Below are positions 1 through 61,152 of a stretch of DNA of 64,000 bases, in pieces. A program made the position numbers and the translations under genes. Source of the DNA: Sphaerodactylus townsendi (Eukaryota); assembly GCF_021028975.2 (NCBI RefSeq), contig NC_059437.1, forward strand, positions 57,164,001 through 57,228,000, read 5' to 3'. Within the stretch, counting starts at the first letter, position 1; each line of letters starts with the position of its first letter. Under the pieces are notes generated by a model. It ran no database searches. It saw only the letters and a list, made by a program, of their open reading frames with translations, and was not told the origin of the DNA.

Positions 1-244
1 GGTGGCCCCCGCCCACGTCAGGGCACATCTTATTCATCTTATGATTAGATCTTGCTGGCCCCTTCTTTTTGAGCCGTCTGTTTTGAATATGAAAGCAGGG
101 CCTGATTAATATGCACTCAAGCAGTGTACCTCATGAATAGCCAGCCATAACTCACGGAAGCTGTCAGCTTTGGAGGTGCCGCTGGGCAGCATTTTTGCTT
201 TTGCTGACATGGCTACCCCCCCCCCCACCCCGCCCTTAAAGCCC

Positions 245-297
245 TGCTGCTGCTGCTGCTGCTGCTCCTCCTCCTCCTCCTCCTCCTCCTCCTCCTC
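245..297. repeat. Compound microsatellite (TGC)n(TCC)n
   Basis: Read directly from the sequence. Confidence 0.95.
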
Positions 298-1727
298 AGT
301 GGGCCGCCTTCCATGGGGGCTCAGTATCCCCTTTGAGTGTCGCCTTTCCATCCCAGGTGGTATCTGAGGAAGGGAGCATCGGCTCTCAAAAGCCTGCACC
401 CCTGAACCTCTTGCTGTCCTCCTGCACGGCTGCCCCAGGCATGTGGAAGTAGACGCTGGGGTTCTGGAGCCTATTGACTGCCACTGACTGGGCATCTAGA
501 TGTCAGTCTGATGCTCTGAGCATAGGTTGGAACAAGCAGCCAATGGCAGACAAATCCCAGGATCCTTGGTTGGAGCTGAACATTTCAGTTCTTTAACCTC
601 TGTTGCTGTGTGTCACTTTGTGGTCACAGTAACAGTAATTGGGGTGTTTACCAAGGGATTCCCTCACCAGTGAGAAACCACAAAACTGGCAAGTCTGGGA
701 GAAGAGCTGGGGAAAGGGACGTGGCCTTGTTCCACGTGTCAGCCGTCTCCTTGGGTGTTCGGAGACATCCGCTTTTCAGCGGGGAGAATACTCAGCCTTC
801 TGCCTGGATTACAACATGTCAGAGGAATCAGTTTTCCTTCTCTCATGCTTAGTTAAAGGGCAAAAGTGACATTCGTATACTGTTACCGGCTTCAATTGCA
901 GGAATTCAAAGGCTGTGGCATCCTTTCATTCTCCCTGATTTTTCCGTTAAAAGAAAAACTAGGAGTCAGGATGGACCTGAGTGGAATGCTTTTGAAATAG
1001 CAGCAGAATGAATTCCGGGGTGAACCACTTTTCTCCCTGGGGAGTTACCTGCCTCCCTCAGGTCTGCGGTTTTTGCTTTCCTGAGCTTTGCAGAATTCAC
1101 CTTTCAAAAGCCACAAACTGTTCTTGGGCACCCTCTCCCCTCCAAGTGGGCCGGCCGGCTGTTGTGTTTCATCAGAGTGCGCGGACTTGGCCACTCGCCC
1201 TTTTCCATGGGGCTTATCCAGGTGTTCACAAAGGGCCAGGGAAAGCGGGCAGACCCCTTGGGTGTGGGTGCAGCATCCTGTTCTTGGGCACAGGTGGTGT
1301 CAGGGGGACGGTACCTCGTGATTGAGATGCATTCCTGACTCAGTGTAATTGCTAAAAGATATACGGAACCAGTCTGCGATGTGTTATCACTGCCGTTCTG
1401 GGCTATTCTTTCCTTGATCTTTGCTTTATGGCGCCACGGGCCAGTAGATAACTAGGCTTCCCCCCTGGCACTTAGTCTCATGGGAAATGGGGCTGTTTCC
1501 ATTGTCCGGGGGTGGGGGTGGGGGTAGGATACCAGATGGCTTTATCTCTATCTGTCGCCAAACTAACTCTCACATTCCTTGGAACATTGGGAGGGGCAAT
1601 TAATGCTGCAATAAAACGAGTAGCAAAAGCCAGGTTCCCTAGAGCTGGCTTTGCCAAGGTGGGTGCGTCAATACAGATCAATAAACGCTGCTGATCAACA
1701 AGACAGAGTCTGTTTATTGCTTTAGGG

Positions 1728-1859
1728 CTGTGGTGGCGAACCTTTGGCACTCCAGATGTTATGGACTACAATTCCCATCAGCCCCTGCCAGCATGGCCAA
1801 TTGGGCTGATGGGAATTATAGTCCATAACATCTGGAGTGACAAAGGTTCGCCACCACTG
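1728..1859. mobile_element. Palindromic hAT MITE (family 1)
   Basis: Long inverted arms C(A/T)GTGGTGGCGAACCTTTGGCAC...; 8-bp TSD ctttaggg. Confidence 0.9.
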
Positions 1860-2385
1860 CTTTAGGGTTTGAGCTCTGACAGGTGGCTCCCTGTCGTCTG
1901 TCTGCACGCAGCTGTGTTGAGTGAGGGCTGAACAGATTCCCCTGGTCCGGCCCACGCGGTCGCTTTGGGAATTGACCTCTCCCCTCCATCTCATCTGCCT
2001 CAGAGCTGTTGGCCTCGCTTTTTCAACTGCCTGACGACAATACATTTCCTGGTAAGGGAGCAGGCTTGTTAATGGCTTTATAATGTTTAACCCAAGACAT
2101 CTCTTTAGCCGAGTCCCGTGTTTGCGCTTGCGGGGGCTGGTCCTTTTTGGTGTGACCTGGGACTTTGTCTTGGAGTGAGCCACCTGACACTTTGTGCGGG
2201 CCTGTTAAGTGTTTGTGGTTCCTCTGAGTAAAATGAGGCGAATGTCTTTGATGGCAGAGTTGTGGTGGAGCAGGCTGGTTGGATGGAATTGTTGTACAGG
2301 CCCTTCTTCTAAGAGCCTGCACTTCGAATGGGTGGTTTGGAGAAGGGCACACGAGCTTGACGCAGGAGTCACTGATGCTCTAGAC

Positions 2386-2515
2386 CAGTGGTGGCGAACC
2401 TTTGGCACTCCAGATGTTATGGACTACAATTCCCATCAGCCCCTGCCAGCATGGCCAATTGGCCATGGGAATTGTAGTCCATAACATCTGGAGTGCCAAA
2501 GGTTCGCCACCACGG
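2386..2515. mobile_element. Palindromic hAT MITE (family 1)
   Basis: Same arms; TSD ctctagac. Confidence 0.9.
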
Positions 2516-2561
2516 CTCTAGACTAGCCAGTCTGCAACATGAAGCACACCTGCATTTAGGG

Positions 2562-2670
2562 CATAGGTGTCAAACTCGCGGCCCTCCAGATGTTATGGAC
2601 TACAGTTCCCATCATCCCCTGCCAGCATGATGTCCATAACATCTGGAGGCCCGCGAATTTGACACCTGCG
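2562..2670. mobile_element. Palindromic hAT MITE (family 2; different TIR, shared internal arm)
   Basis: CATAGGTGTCAAACTCGCGG...GACACCTGCG; TSD atttaggg. Confidence 0.85.
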
Positions 2671-3252
2671 ATTTAGGGAGACTGGATGTTAAGCCATTTC
2701 TCTTTCTTTGAGGACTGTACACAAGGCGGGCAAGAAAGCGGTTGGCTGTAGTCCCGGAAGAGCCAGAGTCAAATATTATTAATACACACTCCTTTGAGAG
2801 TTTTGAATATTAGCGCTATAAATATTGGGTGATTGAAGGCATTCCAAAACCAAACATGATTGTGGAATGTTGAACGGTTATTTACATGTTGCTAATATTT
2901 GTATTGCACACGTTGTAGTTATACGTGAGCATAAGAAAGCATTATTTGGGTTAGAGATTCAAGAAGTACTTTTGTACATATGTAAACATAAGAATTTTCA
3001 TGGTAAAGATTTCAAATGCATTGCTGCCTTAGGACACGCGTGTGAGCCCTCAGGGCGGAAAAGCGGATTGGCTGTATTGACTTCGTGCTCCCACCCCACA
3101 TTTTTTGAACATGGTGCAATTTGGAGCAAGGCGGACCGTGGAGCATCTTCTTGTGTCAACTAGACTTTCCTTCAGTCCTTTAGGGCTCAGCTCCAGAAAG
3201 TGAACCCCTGAACAGGAGTGAGTGTCCGAGTGCCCTTGCCCACCTTCTAGGG

Positions 3253-3720
3253 CAGTGATGGCGAACCTATGGCATGGGTGCCAGAGGTGGCACTGAGAGC
3301 CCTCTCTGTGGGCACGCGCACACAGAGTTCATCATGTGGGCGGAAAATCACCCCCTCCACACACACGCATCTAGGCTGTCCTGGATCACTGAACACGATG
3401 TGTGCGCACCGCGGTGACAGGGAGGACTCGGCTGGCGGGCCTGCTGCCTGTGCTCTGGGTGGCTGCTGCCCAAGGGGTAGGGGCGCAGAGGAGGCAGAGA
3501 TGCTAGAGAGGCACTGAGTGGTGCGCGCGGGACTTGCTGGAGGCTAGAGCAGGCTGGCCCCTGCTCGAACGTGTGGGGCAGAGGAAGAGGGAGCCAACCA
3601 GTTTTTTCTAAATTAAAACTCAGCATTCAGGTTAAATTGCCGGGTTGGCACTTTGCAATAAATAAGTGGGGTTTGGGTTGCAATTTGGGCACTCGGTCTC
3701 AAAAAGGTTTGCCATCACTG
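3253..3720. mobile_element. Non-autonomous hAT transposon, 468 bp
   Basis: TIRs CAGTGATGGCGAACCT / AGGTTTGCCATCACTG; TSD ttctaggg. Confidence 0.9.
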
Positions 3721-4164
3721 TTCTAGGGGCCTGGATGTTCAGGCTTCTGGGGATTTCCTGCACTGTCCATTGTGGTCCTCTCATGTCTCTGGTTTTGTCT
3801 CCTTGGAATCAGGGGTGCAGGCAGTTGAAGACTCCTCCCATCCTGCTCTTCCCATCTGGCCTCTGAAGGGGCCTGTGGAGGCCTCCTGTGTTGCTCTGGT
3901 GGTTTTGGAAGCCCATTTTCCAGGCAGTTGGCTCCATCTGCCCAGGGTGCTCAGAGGAAGCGAGCGCAAAGGTCTCCTCGAGTGTGTGCAGCAGCCACAG
4001 CAGCCAGGCTTGTGAGAGGCGTGTGGGCTGAAGCGCCTCTTATGCATCTAAGCAGGTCATTGTACTAGGCAAGGGTCCACCATATGGCAGTTGTGCCCCC
4101 AGAGCTGCCTGCCTCGTGAGTAGATTTGGCTGAGCGAGTTGTGCTGCAGAATGTGACCCCTGCT

Positions 4165-4430
4165 CGGAATCATAGAATTCTAGACTCACAGAGTTGGAAG
4201 AGACCCCCAAGGGCCATCCAGTCCAACCCCCTGCAATGCAGGAACTCACAGTCAGAGCACTCCTGACAGATGGCCATCCAGCCTCTCTTCAAAAATCTCC
4301 AGAGAAGGAGGTAGCGCATTCCACTGTCGTACAGCCCTGACTGCCAGGAAGTTCTTCCTGATGTTTAGCTGGAATGTCTTTTCCTTCACCTCGAACCCAT
4401 GACTCCTGGCTCTAGTCTCTGCAGCAGCTT
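4165..4430 (-). mobile_element. CR1 3' fragment (second family)
   Basis: Reverse complement matches the fragment at 49432-49578; CR1-type (ATTCTRTG)-like tail. Confidence 0.75.
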
Positions 4431-5190
4431 ATAAACCTGTACACTTAAAGAGCTGGGCAGTAAGGCAAGCAACAGGAGCCATCAGGGCAGGGAGTCAAGG
4501 GCAGCCGCTGCTGCCTGGGAACCACTCCCGTGCGCTGACCTGGGTGGAGTGTGCTGCATAGTTTTCCGCTGATTCTCCCACCCCGCTTGTTCGGGACAAA
4601 GGGCAGAGTTCAGCAGGAGTGCCAGACCTTCCCGCACGTGTCCCGTCGCCCTCCGCTTAAACTTCCGTGGAAGATATGCTCAGAAAGGTTAAGAAAAAGC
4701 ATTTCTGCTAAGGGGCTGAGTGTGGGTGAAAAGACAAATGGAAAACACCCGCACAGAGAGCTCTCTCTGATTACGAAAGAGGGGGAAAAGGGAACAGGAT
4801 GCTGCCAGAATGGCATCCTTCTTGGCCATCCTTTTGCAGTGGGCGTTTCTGCTTTGGACTGGAAAACGTGTTGTGGAGGACAAAGGTCTTGTAATGGAAA
4901 CGACAGTTGGATGCAACATGGCTTGGGGTTTTTTTTAAGCCACACAGATGTGGGGGCTTTGAAACCGGTGGGTCAGGCTGACAAGATGCAACTTGGGGCA
5001 AGGCTCAGGGGGGCTTTGAGACTCCCCGGCTTCTCTTTGGGTTTGTGGAGAGGAAGAGGCTGGCGCTTCCTGTCCTGAGCAGATTCCAGGCATAGGCAGG
5101 AAAGGCCGCGTGTGCTGGAAATCCATGTAAGCGTGGAGCCCTGCGTGGAACGAACATGTCCACGATAATAACGTGATTTTCTGGAGAGCT

Positions 5191-5274
5191 GAATTTGTAA
5201 TCATTGTTTAAAAGAGGAATTGGTCTGTAATTCTTTACATCTGTTAAGTCTTGGTCCTCTTTAGGGATCAAAGT
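5191..5274 (-). mobile_element. L1-clade RT internal fragment fused to the 5' end of CR1 copy A
   Basis: Minus strand encodes TLIPKEDQDLTDVKNYRPIPLLNNDYKF, the L1/Tx1-type LIPK...NYRPIxLLNxDYK motif. Confidence 0.75.
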
Positions 5275-7312
5275 GGCAAAAGAGAAGCAAGTTAGCTGTA
5301 AGGGAGGCAAAAAAGGATTATGAGGAACACATGGCTGTGAACATCAAAACCAGCAACAAACAGTTCTTCAAGTACATCAAAAGCAGGAAGCCAGCAAGGG
5401 AAGCGGTAGGCCCGTTAGATGACAAAGGAACAAAGGGTGTGCTAAAAGATGACAGGGAGATTGCAGAAAAGCTGAATGAATTCTTTGCATCTGTCTTCAC
5501 CCAAGAGGAGGTGAGGAAAATTCCTGCACCTGAACCAAGCTTCTTAGGAGGCGAATCCGAGGAACTAACAAAGATAGTGGTAGACAAGGAAGAAGTTCTG
5601 GCAGCCATTGATAAACTAAATGTTACCAAATCCCCTGGCCCAGATTGCATTCACCTAAGAGTTCTTAAAGAGCTCAAGCATGAAATTGCTGATCTTCTCA
5701 CTTTAATATGCAACTTATCCTTGAAATCAGGCTCCATCCCTGAAGACTGGAAGATGGCCAATGTCACACCAATCTTTAAGAAAGGATCTAGGGGGGACCC
5801 GGGAAATTACAGGCCAGTCAGTTTGACATCTGTTCCTGGTAATTAGTAGAATCTGTCATTAAAGATAAAATTATAAAAATATGTAGAAAAGCAAGATCCG
5901 CTGAGACAGAGTCAGCACGCCTTCTGCAGACGCAAATCCCGTCTTCCAAACCTACTAGAGTTCTTTGACGCTGTAAACAGGCATGCCGATACCCGGGAAC
6001 CAGTGCACATTGTCTACTTGGATTCCCAAAAGGCTTTTGACAAAGTTCCTCACCAGAGACTATTGAGAAAACTCAGCAATGAAGGAATAAGAGGGGAAGT
6101 CCTCCTATGGATTAAAAAACTGGTTGGAGAAACAGGAAGCAAAAGAGTGGGTGTAAATGGGCAAAATTCTCACAATGGAGAGATGTAGGGAGTGGTGTCC
6201 CCCAAGGATCCGTGATGGGGACCAGTGCTCTTTAACCTATTCATAAATGACCTGGAAGTAGGGGTGGGTAGCGTGGGTGGCCAAGTTTGCAGGATGATAC
6301 CAAATTATGTAGGGTGGTGGAGAACCACAAAGGATTGCGGGGAGCTCCAAGCTGACCTTGAGCAAATTAGGTGAGTGGGCTAAGAAATGGCAAATGCAGT
6401 TCAATGTAGCAAAATGCAAAGTGATGCACTATAGGGGCAAAAAATCCAAACTTCACATACACGCTACAGGGGTCAGTGCTATCAGTCACAGACCAGGAAA
6501 GGGATTTGGGCGTCTTAGCTGATAGTCCCATGGGAATGTCAACTCAATGTATGGGCAGCTGTGAAAAAGGCAAACTCTATGCTGGGGATAATTAGGAAAG
6601 GAATTGAGAATAAAACTGCAAAGATTGTCATGCCCTTATATAAAGCTGTGGTGCGACTGCGACTTAAAAGGCTTGTGTTCAGTTCTGGTCGCCACATCTC
6701 AAAAAGGATATTGAAGAGATAGAAAAAAGTGCAGAGAAGGGCTTAATGCAGGATGATTGAGGGACTGCAGCACCTTCCTTATGAGGAAAGGCTGCAGCGT
6801 TTGGGACTCTTTAGTTTGGAGAGGAGACGTCTGAGGGGGGATATGATTGAAGTCTATAAAATTATGCATGGGGTAGAAAATGTTGACAGAGAGAAATTTT
6901 TCTCTCTTTCTCACAATACTAGAACCAGGGGGGCCCATTGAAAATGCTGGGGGGAAGAATTAGAACTAATAAAAGGAAACACTTCTTCACGCAACGTGTG
7001 ATTGGTGTTTGGAATATGCTGCCACAGGAGGTGGTGATGGCCACTAACCTGGATAGCTTTAAAAGGGGCTTGGACAGATTTATGGAGGAGAAGTCGATTT
7101 ATGGCTACCAATCTTGATCCTCTTTGATCTGAGATTGCAAATGCCTTAACAGTCCAGGTGCTCGGGAGCAACAGCCACAGAAGGCCATTGCTTTCACATC
7201 CTACATGTGAACTCCCAAAGGCACCTGGTGGGCCACTGCGAGTAGCAGAGAGCTGGACTAGATGGACTCTGGTCTGATCCAGCTGGCTTGTTCTTATGTT
7301 CTTATGTTCTTA
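5271..7312 (+). mobile_element. CR1 LINE, 5'-truncated, ORF2 RT with multiple frameshifts (copy A)
   Basis: KSPGPD, WKMANVTPIFKKGSRGDPGNYRPVSLT, KAFDKVPH; 3' UTR ending in (TTCTTATG)n. Confidence 0.95.
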
Positions 7313-8669
7313 AAGTTATATTAGTGTCTCTCCAAGAGCCTGGAATTTGCCCTTTTTGTAAAATCCCATTCATTGTTGCCGGAAGAGATTCCATTAGCAC
7401 ATCTGTGAAAATTTTATACTTTGACACTGGTAACCCATTTTATTCATCTTTACCTGCTCCAAGGACTCTACTAGTTCCATAATTGAAATGGGGCGGCACA
7501 AGTTCCCTTTGGAATGGGGGTGGACCACCTGTTTTTCCTCCACGGCTGTAAGTTTCCCACTGCGTGCTTAGAACTAGTGCTGCACCCATGCGCGGGATCT
7601 AGTGGAGGGCCTGCCTGGATCTGTGCGTCCATTCCTTTGGGCAAAGGTCACTTGTGGTGTGATCCTGGCCTGTCCCCCTGAATGGGATTCCTGTTCAAGT
7701 GCTGGCATTTTCGCCAGAAAAGGAGATTTGCAACAGAAAGCGAGTTACGGTAGTTGGGATCAGGGCAGCACAAGGCCTAGTTCATTGTTGGGGATTGAGA
7801 ACATCCAAAGCCAACAGCAGACCTCTGAGCAACATTTTGGGGTTATGCAGCTGATGCAGCTCCTGTCTTAAAAATCAGTGTTTCTCTTTCTGGGTTAACT
7901 GTTAGGATTGCATCTGCTTTCATTCGCCTAGAGTCAAGGGCTCATGTTGGGGGAGTTCAGTCACTCACGTCGCCCTGGCTCTGCTCCTGGCCAAGCCTGC
8001 TGGGTGTCACCCCCCACCCCATGCTTCCACATGGATCCTGTGTACACTTCAGCACATGTTACCCCTTTGTACGTGCACTCATGTACAGATGTAAGAGAGG
8101 GAGCCGCTTTCCCCACTGATGCCTACACGCTCCCCTCTCCTGCTCTCCTCTCAATGGGCGTTCCTTGGAGGCTGCCGCAGTTCCTTCCTGGTGGTGGCTC
8201 CTGCTGCTCCTCTCCTCCCTCCTCACCCTGCTGGGCTCCCTGCACTGGTGTTGCCACCCTGGCTCTGCCCGCCTCTTCCCTGGCAGGCAGAATCCCCAAG
8301 GCAGGTCAGAGGGCGCAGTGGCGGAGCGTCTGTTTGCATGTGTTCATCACCTACCTTCCGTGTTTTGTTTTATTCGCAGGCGCAGCTCCCAGGAGGTCTG
8401 GACAGCTGCTGTATCCTCTTGAGCCACCCTCTGTGCCGTGTGTGGGGAGGAAGCCCTGTAGAATGACTCCTGGCTCAGCGTGCTCCTTTCCCCAGGGGCA
8501 GTGCAGAGAAGGGGCCATGGAGACCGAGGTAAAGGGCACTGTCTGTCGAAGGCATTCATAATGCCCAGAATTGGTTTGTATGTTGCCCACTGACCATGTG
8601 CCCAGTGTTGGAAGGACCTGATTGTATTGACTTGCTGTCTGTAATCTGCCTTGAGTCCCAGTGAGAAGA

Positions 8670-8950
8670 GGGCAAGGTCGTCCCCTGTGCAAGCGCAGGC
8701 TCGTTACTGATCCATGGGATGACATCACATCATGTCGTTTACTGGACAGATTGTTTTTTAGGGGGTGGTTTGCCTTTGTCTTCCCCAGTCGTCTATATTT
8801 TACCTCCATCAAGCTGGGTACTCATTTTGCTAACTCTGGAAAGATGGAAGGTTGAGCCAGCAACCTGAAAGCGAGTTCTGTTTGGATCAAACTCAGGTTG
8901 TGAACAGAGCTTTGACTGCAATACGGCTGCCTACCACTCTGCGCCACGGG
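8670..8950 (-). mobile_element. Sauria-type SINE
   Basis: gtcccctgtgcaagc...aagctgggtactcatttt...gatggaaggttgag...accactctgcgccac, typical of the antisense Sauria SINE as recalled. Confidence 0.65.
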
Positions 8951-9329
8951 GATCGCTCCCAGTGAGAAAGGCGGACTATAAATAGGGTCAGCAAATACAT
9001 CACTGTATGTATTTTAGCAGCCACATTTTGCAGTGAACGGTTGGTTGGGAACCCAGCTAAAGAAAATTGTAAATACCAAAGTTGTTGGAGAACAGCTTGA
9101 CAGGGAGTCTGGAAGGCTGGTTGTATCAGAGAATACTGGTTTTCCGAATCCACCCTGAGAAGCCTGCGTGTTCCACACGAGAACCTCAGGGCAGCAAAGA
9201 GGCCCCCATGACGTGTTCTCAGCAAAAATAGTGCCAGAAGAGGAATTACGTATTAATCCCTCCATCACTGGTTTAGTCCCACCCCCTCTGTCTTGATTTA
9301 TTTATTTAATTTATTCATTGGATTTTTTC

Positions 9330-9647
9330 TTTTCTTTTTAAAATTTTTTTAAACAGTTTATTATAATAAATTCATACAAACATACATAATACCCTTACCC
9401 CACATTCCCTTACATTTATTACATTCACATTACTTAAAGCCATCACCCCACCCTTAGTGCATTTGACTTCCGCTTGGAATCAGTTCCTCTTCTGATGTCA
9501 TTTATCTGATATATAGTTCTACGTTAGTCCAATACTTTAATCAACATTGCAGGCATAACAAAAATGATTTATAATCTTCATTTTTCCTTAAGAAATTAAT
9601 CACTGCTTCCCAAATTAATATAAATTCATCAATTGTACTCGTACTTA
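9330..9647 (-). mobile_element. 5'-truncated L1-type insertion with 18-bp TSD
   Basis: tattcattggattttttc at 9312-9329 and 9648-9665; T-rich tail at the left end; minus strand reads ...DEFILIWEAVINFLRK...* like an ORF2 C-terminus. Confidence 0.7.
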
Positions 9648-9685
9648 TATTCATTGGATTTTTTCAATTTTTTTCAATTTTTTTA

Positions 9686-11298
9686 AAATTGCTGATCTTC
9701 TCACTTTAATATGCAACTTATCCCTGAAATCAGGCTCCATCCCTGAAGACTGGAAGATGGCCAATGTCACGCCAATCTTTAAGAAAGGATCTAGGGGGGA
9801 CCCGGGAAATTACAGGCCAGTCAGTTTGACATCTGTTCCTGGTAAATTAGTAGAATCTATCATTAAAGATAAAATTATAAAACATGTAGAAAAGCAAGAC
9901 CTGCTGAGAAAGAGTCAGCATGGCTTTTGCAGAGGCAAATCCTGTCTTACAAACTTACTAGAGTTCTTTGAGGGTGTAAACAGGCATGTGGACAGGGGTG
10001 AACCGGTGGACATTGTCTACTTGGATTTCCAAAAGGCTTTTGACAAAGTTCCTCACCAGAGACTGTTGAGAAAACTTAGCAATGAAGGAATAAGAGGGGA
10101 AGTCCTCCTATGGATTAAAAACGGGTTGAGAAACAGGAAACAAAGAGTGGGTGTAAATGGGAAGTTCTCACAATGGAGAGATGTCGGGAGTGGTGTCCCC
10201 CAAGGATCCGTTTTGGGAACAGTGCTCTTTAACCTATTCATAAATGACCTGGAAGTAGGGGTGGGTAGTGTGGTGGCCAAGTTTGCAGATGATACCAAAT
10301 TATGTAGGGTGGTGAGAACCATAAAGGATTGCGAAGAGCTCCAAGCAGACCTTGATAAATTAGGTGAGTGGGCTCAGAAATGGCAAATGCAGTTCAATGT
10401 AGCAAAATGTAAAGTGATGCACATAGCGGCAAAAAATCCAAACTTCACATACACGCTACAGGGGTCAGTGCTATCAGTCACAGACCAGGAAAGGGATTTA
10501 GGCGTCTTAGTTGATAGTTCCATGGGAATGTCAACTCAATGCATGGCAGCTGTGAAAAAGGCAAACTCTATGCTGGGGATCATTAGAAAAGGAATTGATA
10601 ATAAAACTGCAAAGATTGTCATGCCCTTATATAAAGCAGTGGTGGTGCGACCGCACTTGGAGTACTGTGTCCAGTTCTGGTCGCCGCATCTCAAAAAGGA
10701 TATTGAGGAGATAGAAAAAGTGCAGAGAAGGGCAACAAGGATGATTGAGGGACTGGGACACCTTCCCTATGAGGAGAGGCTGCACGTTTGGGACTCTTTA
10801 GTTTGGAGAGGAGGCAGCTGAGGGGGGATATGATTGAAGTCTACAAAATTATGCATGGGGTAGAAAATGTTGACAGAGAGAAATTTTTCTCTCTTTCTCA
10901 CAATACTAGAACCAGGGGGCATTCATTGAAAATGCTGGGGGGAAGAATTAGGACTAATAAAAGGAAACGCTTCTTCACGCAACGTGTGATTGGTGTTTGG
11001 AATATGCTGCCACAGGAGGTGGTGATGGCCACTAACCTGGATAGCTTTAAAAGGGGCTTGGACAGATTTATGGAGGAGAAGTCGATCTATGGCTACCAAT
11101 CTTGATCCTCCTTGATCTGAGATTGCAAATGCCTTAACAGTCCAGGTGCTCAGGAGCAACAGCCGCAGAAGGCCATTGCATTCACATCCTACATGTGAGC
11201 TCCCAAAGGCACCTGGTGGGCCACTGCAAGTAGCAGAGAGCTGGACTAGATGGACTTTGGTCTGATCCAGCTGGCTTGTTCTTATGTTCTTATGTTCT
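9686..11298 (+). mobile_element. CR1 LINE, 5'-truncated, near-intact RT domain (copy B)
   Basis: ORF 9757-10821 with QHGF, LDFQKAFDKV, GVPQGSVLG, KFADDTKL; one frameshift near 10785; same 3' UTR and tail as copy A. Confidence 0.96.
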
Positions 11299-11415
11299 CA
11301 ATTAGTCAGTAGCCTGCCTGGTCCTGAATTAATACTTAATTTTGCTGTTTTGACAGCATCTTCTCCGTCTTCCTCATGGGGTCATTTTCATTCCGCGGGA
11401 AGTTTAACGGGAGAA

Positions 11416-61152
<49,737 letters not shown>

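Noticed and set aside
106-495. PolyE/polyQ or polyC/polyS ORFs
   Set aside because: Translations of the (TGC)n(TCC)n microsatellite
1728-2670. Repeated palindromic units as a CRISPR-like array or miRNA cluster
   Set aside because: Eukaryotic context; each unit has TIRs and an 8-bp TSD, so these are hAT MITEs
9757-11105. RT ORF as a domesticated gene or novel RT system
   Set aside because: Ordinary 5'-truncated CR1 ORF2 with a frameshift, no endonuclease domain and multiple sibling copies
11284-11415. N-terminal 44 aa of the 602-aa ORF
   Set aside because: Starts in the CR1 microsatellite tail and crosses the intron acceptor; the real start is ATG 11416
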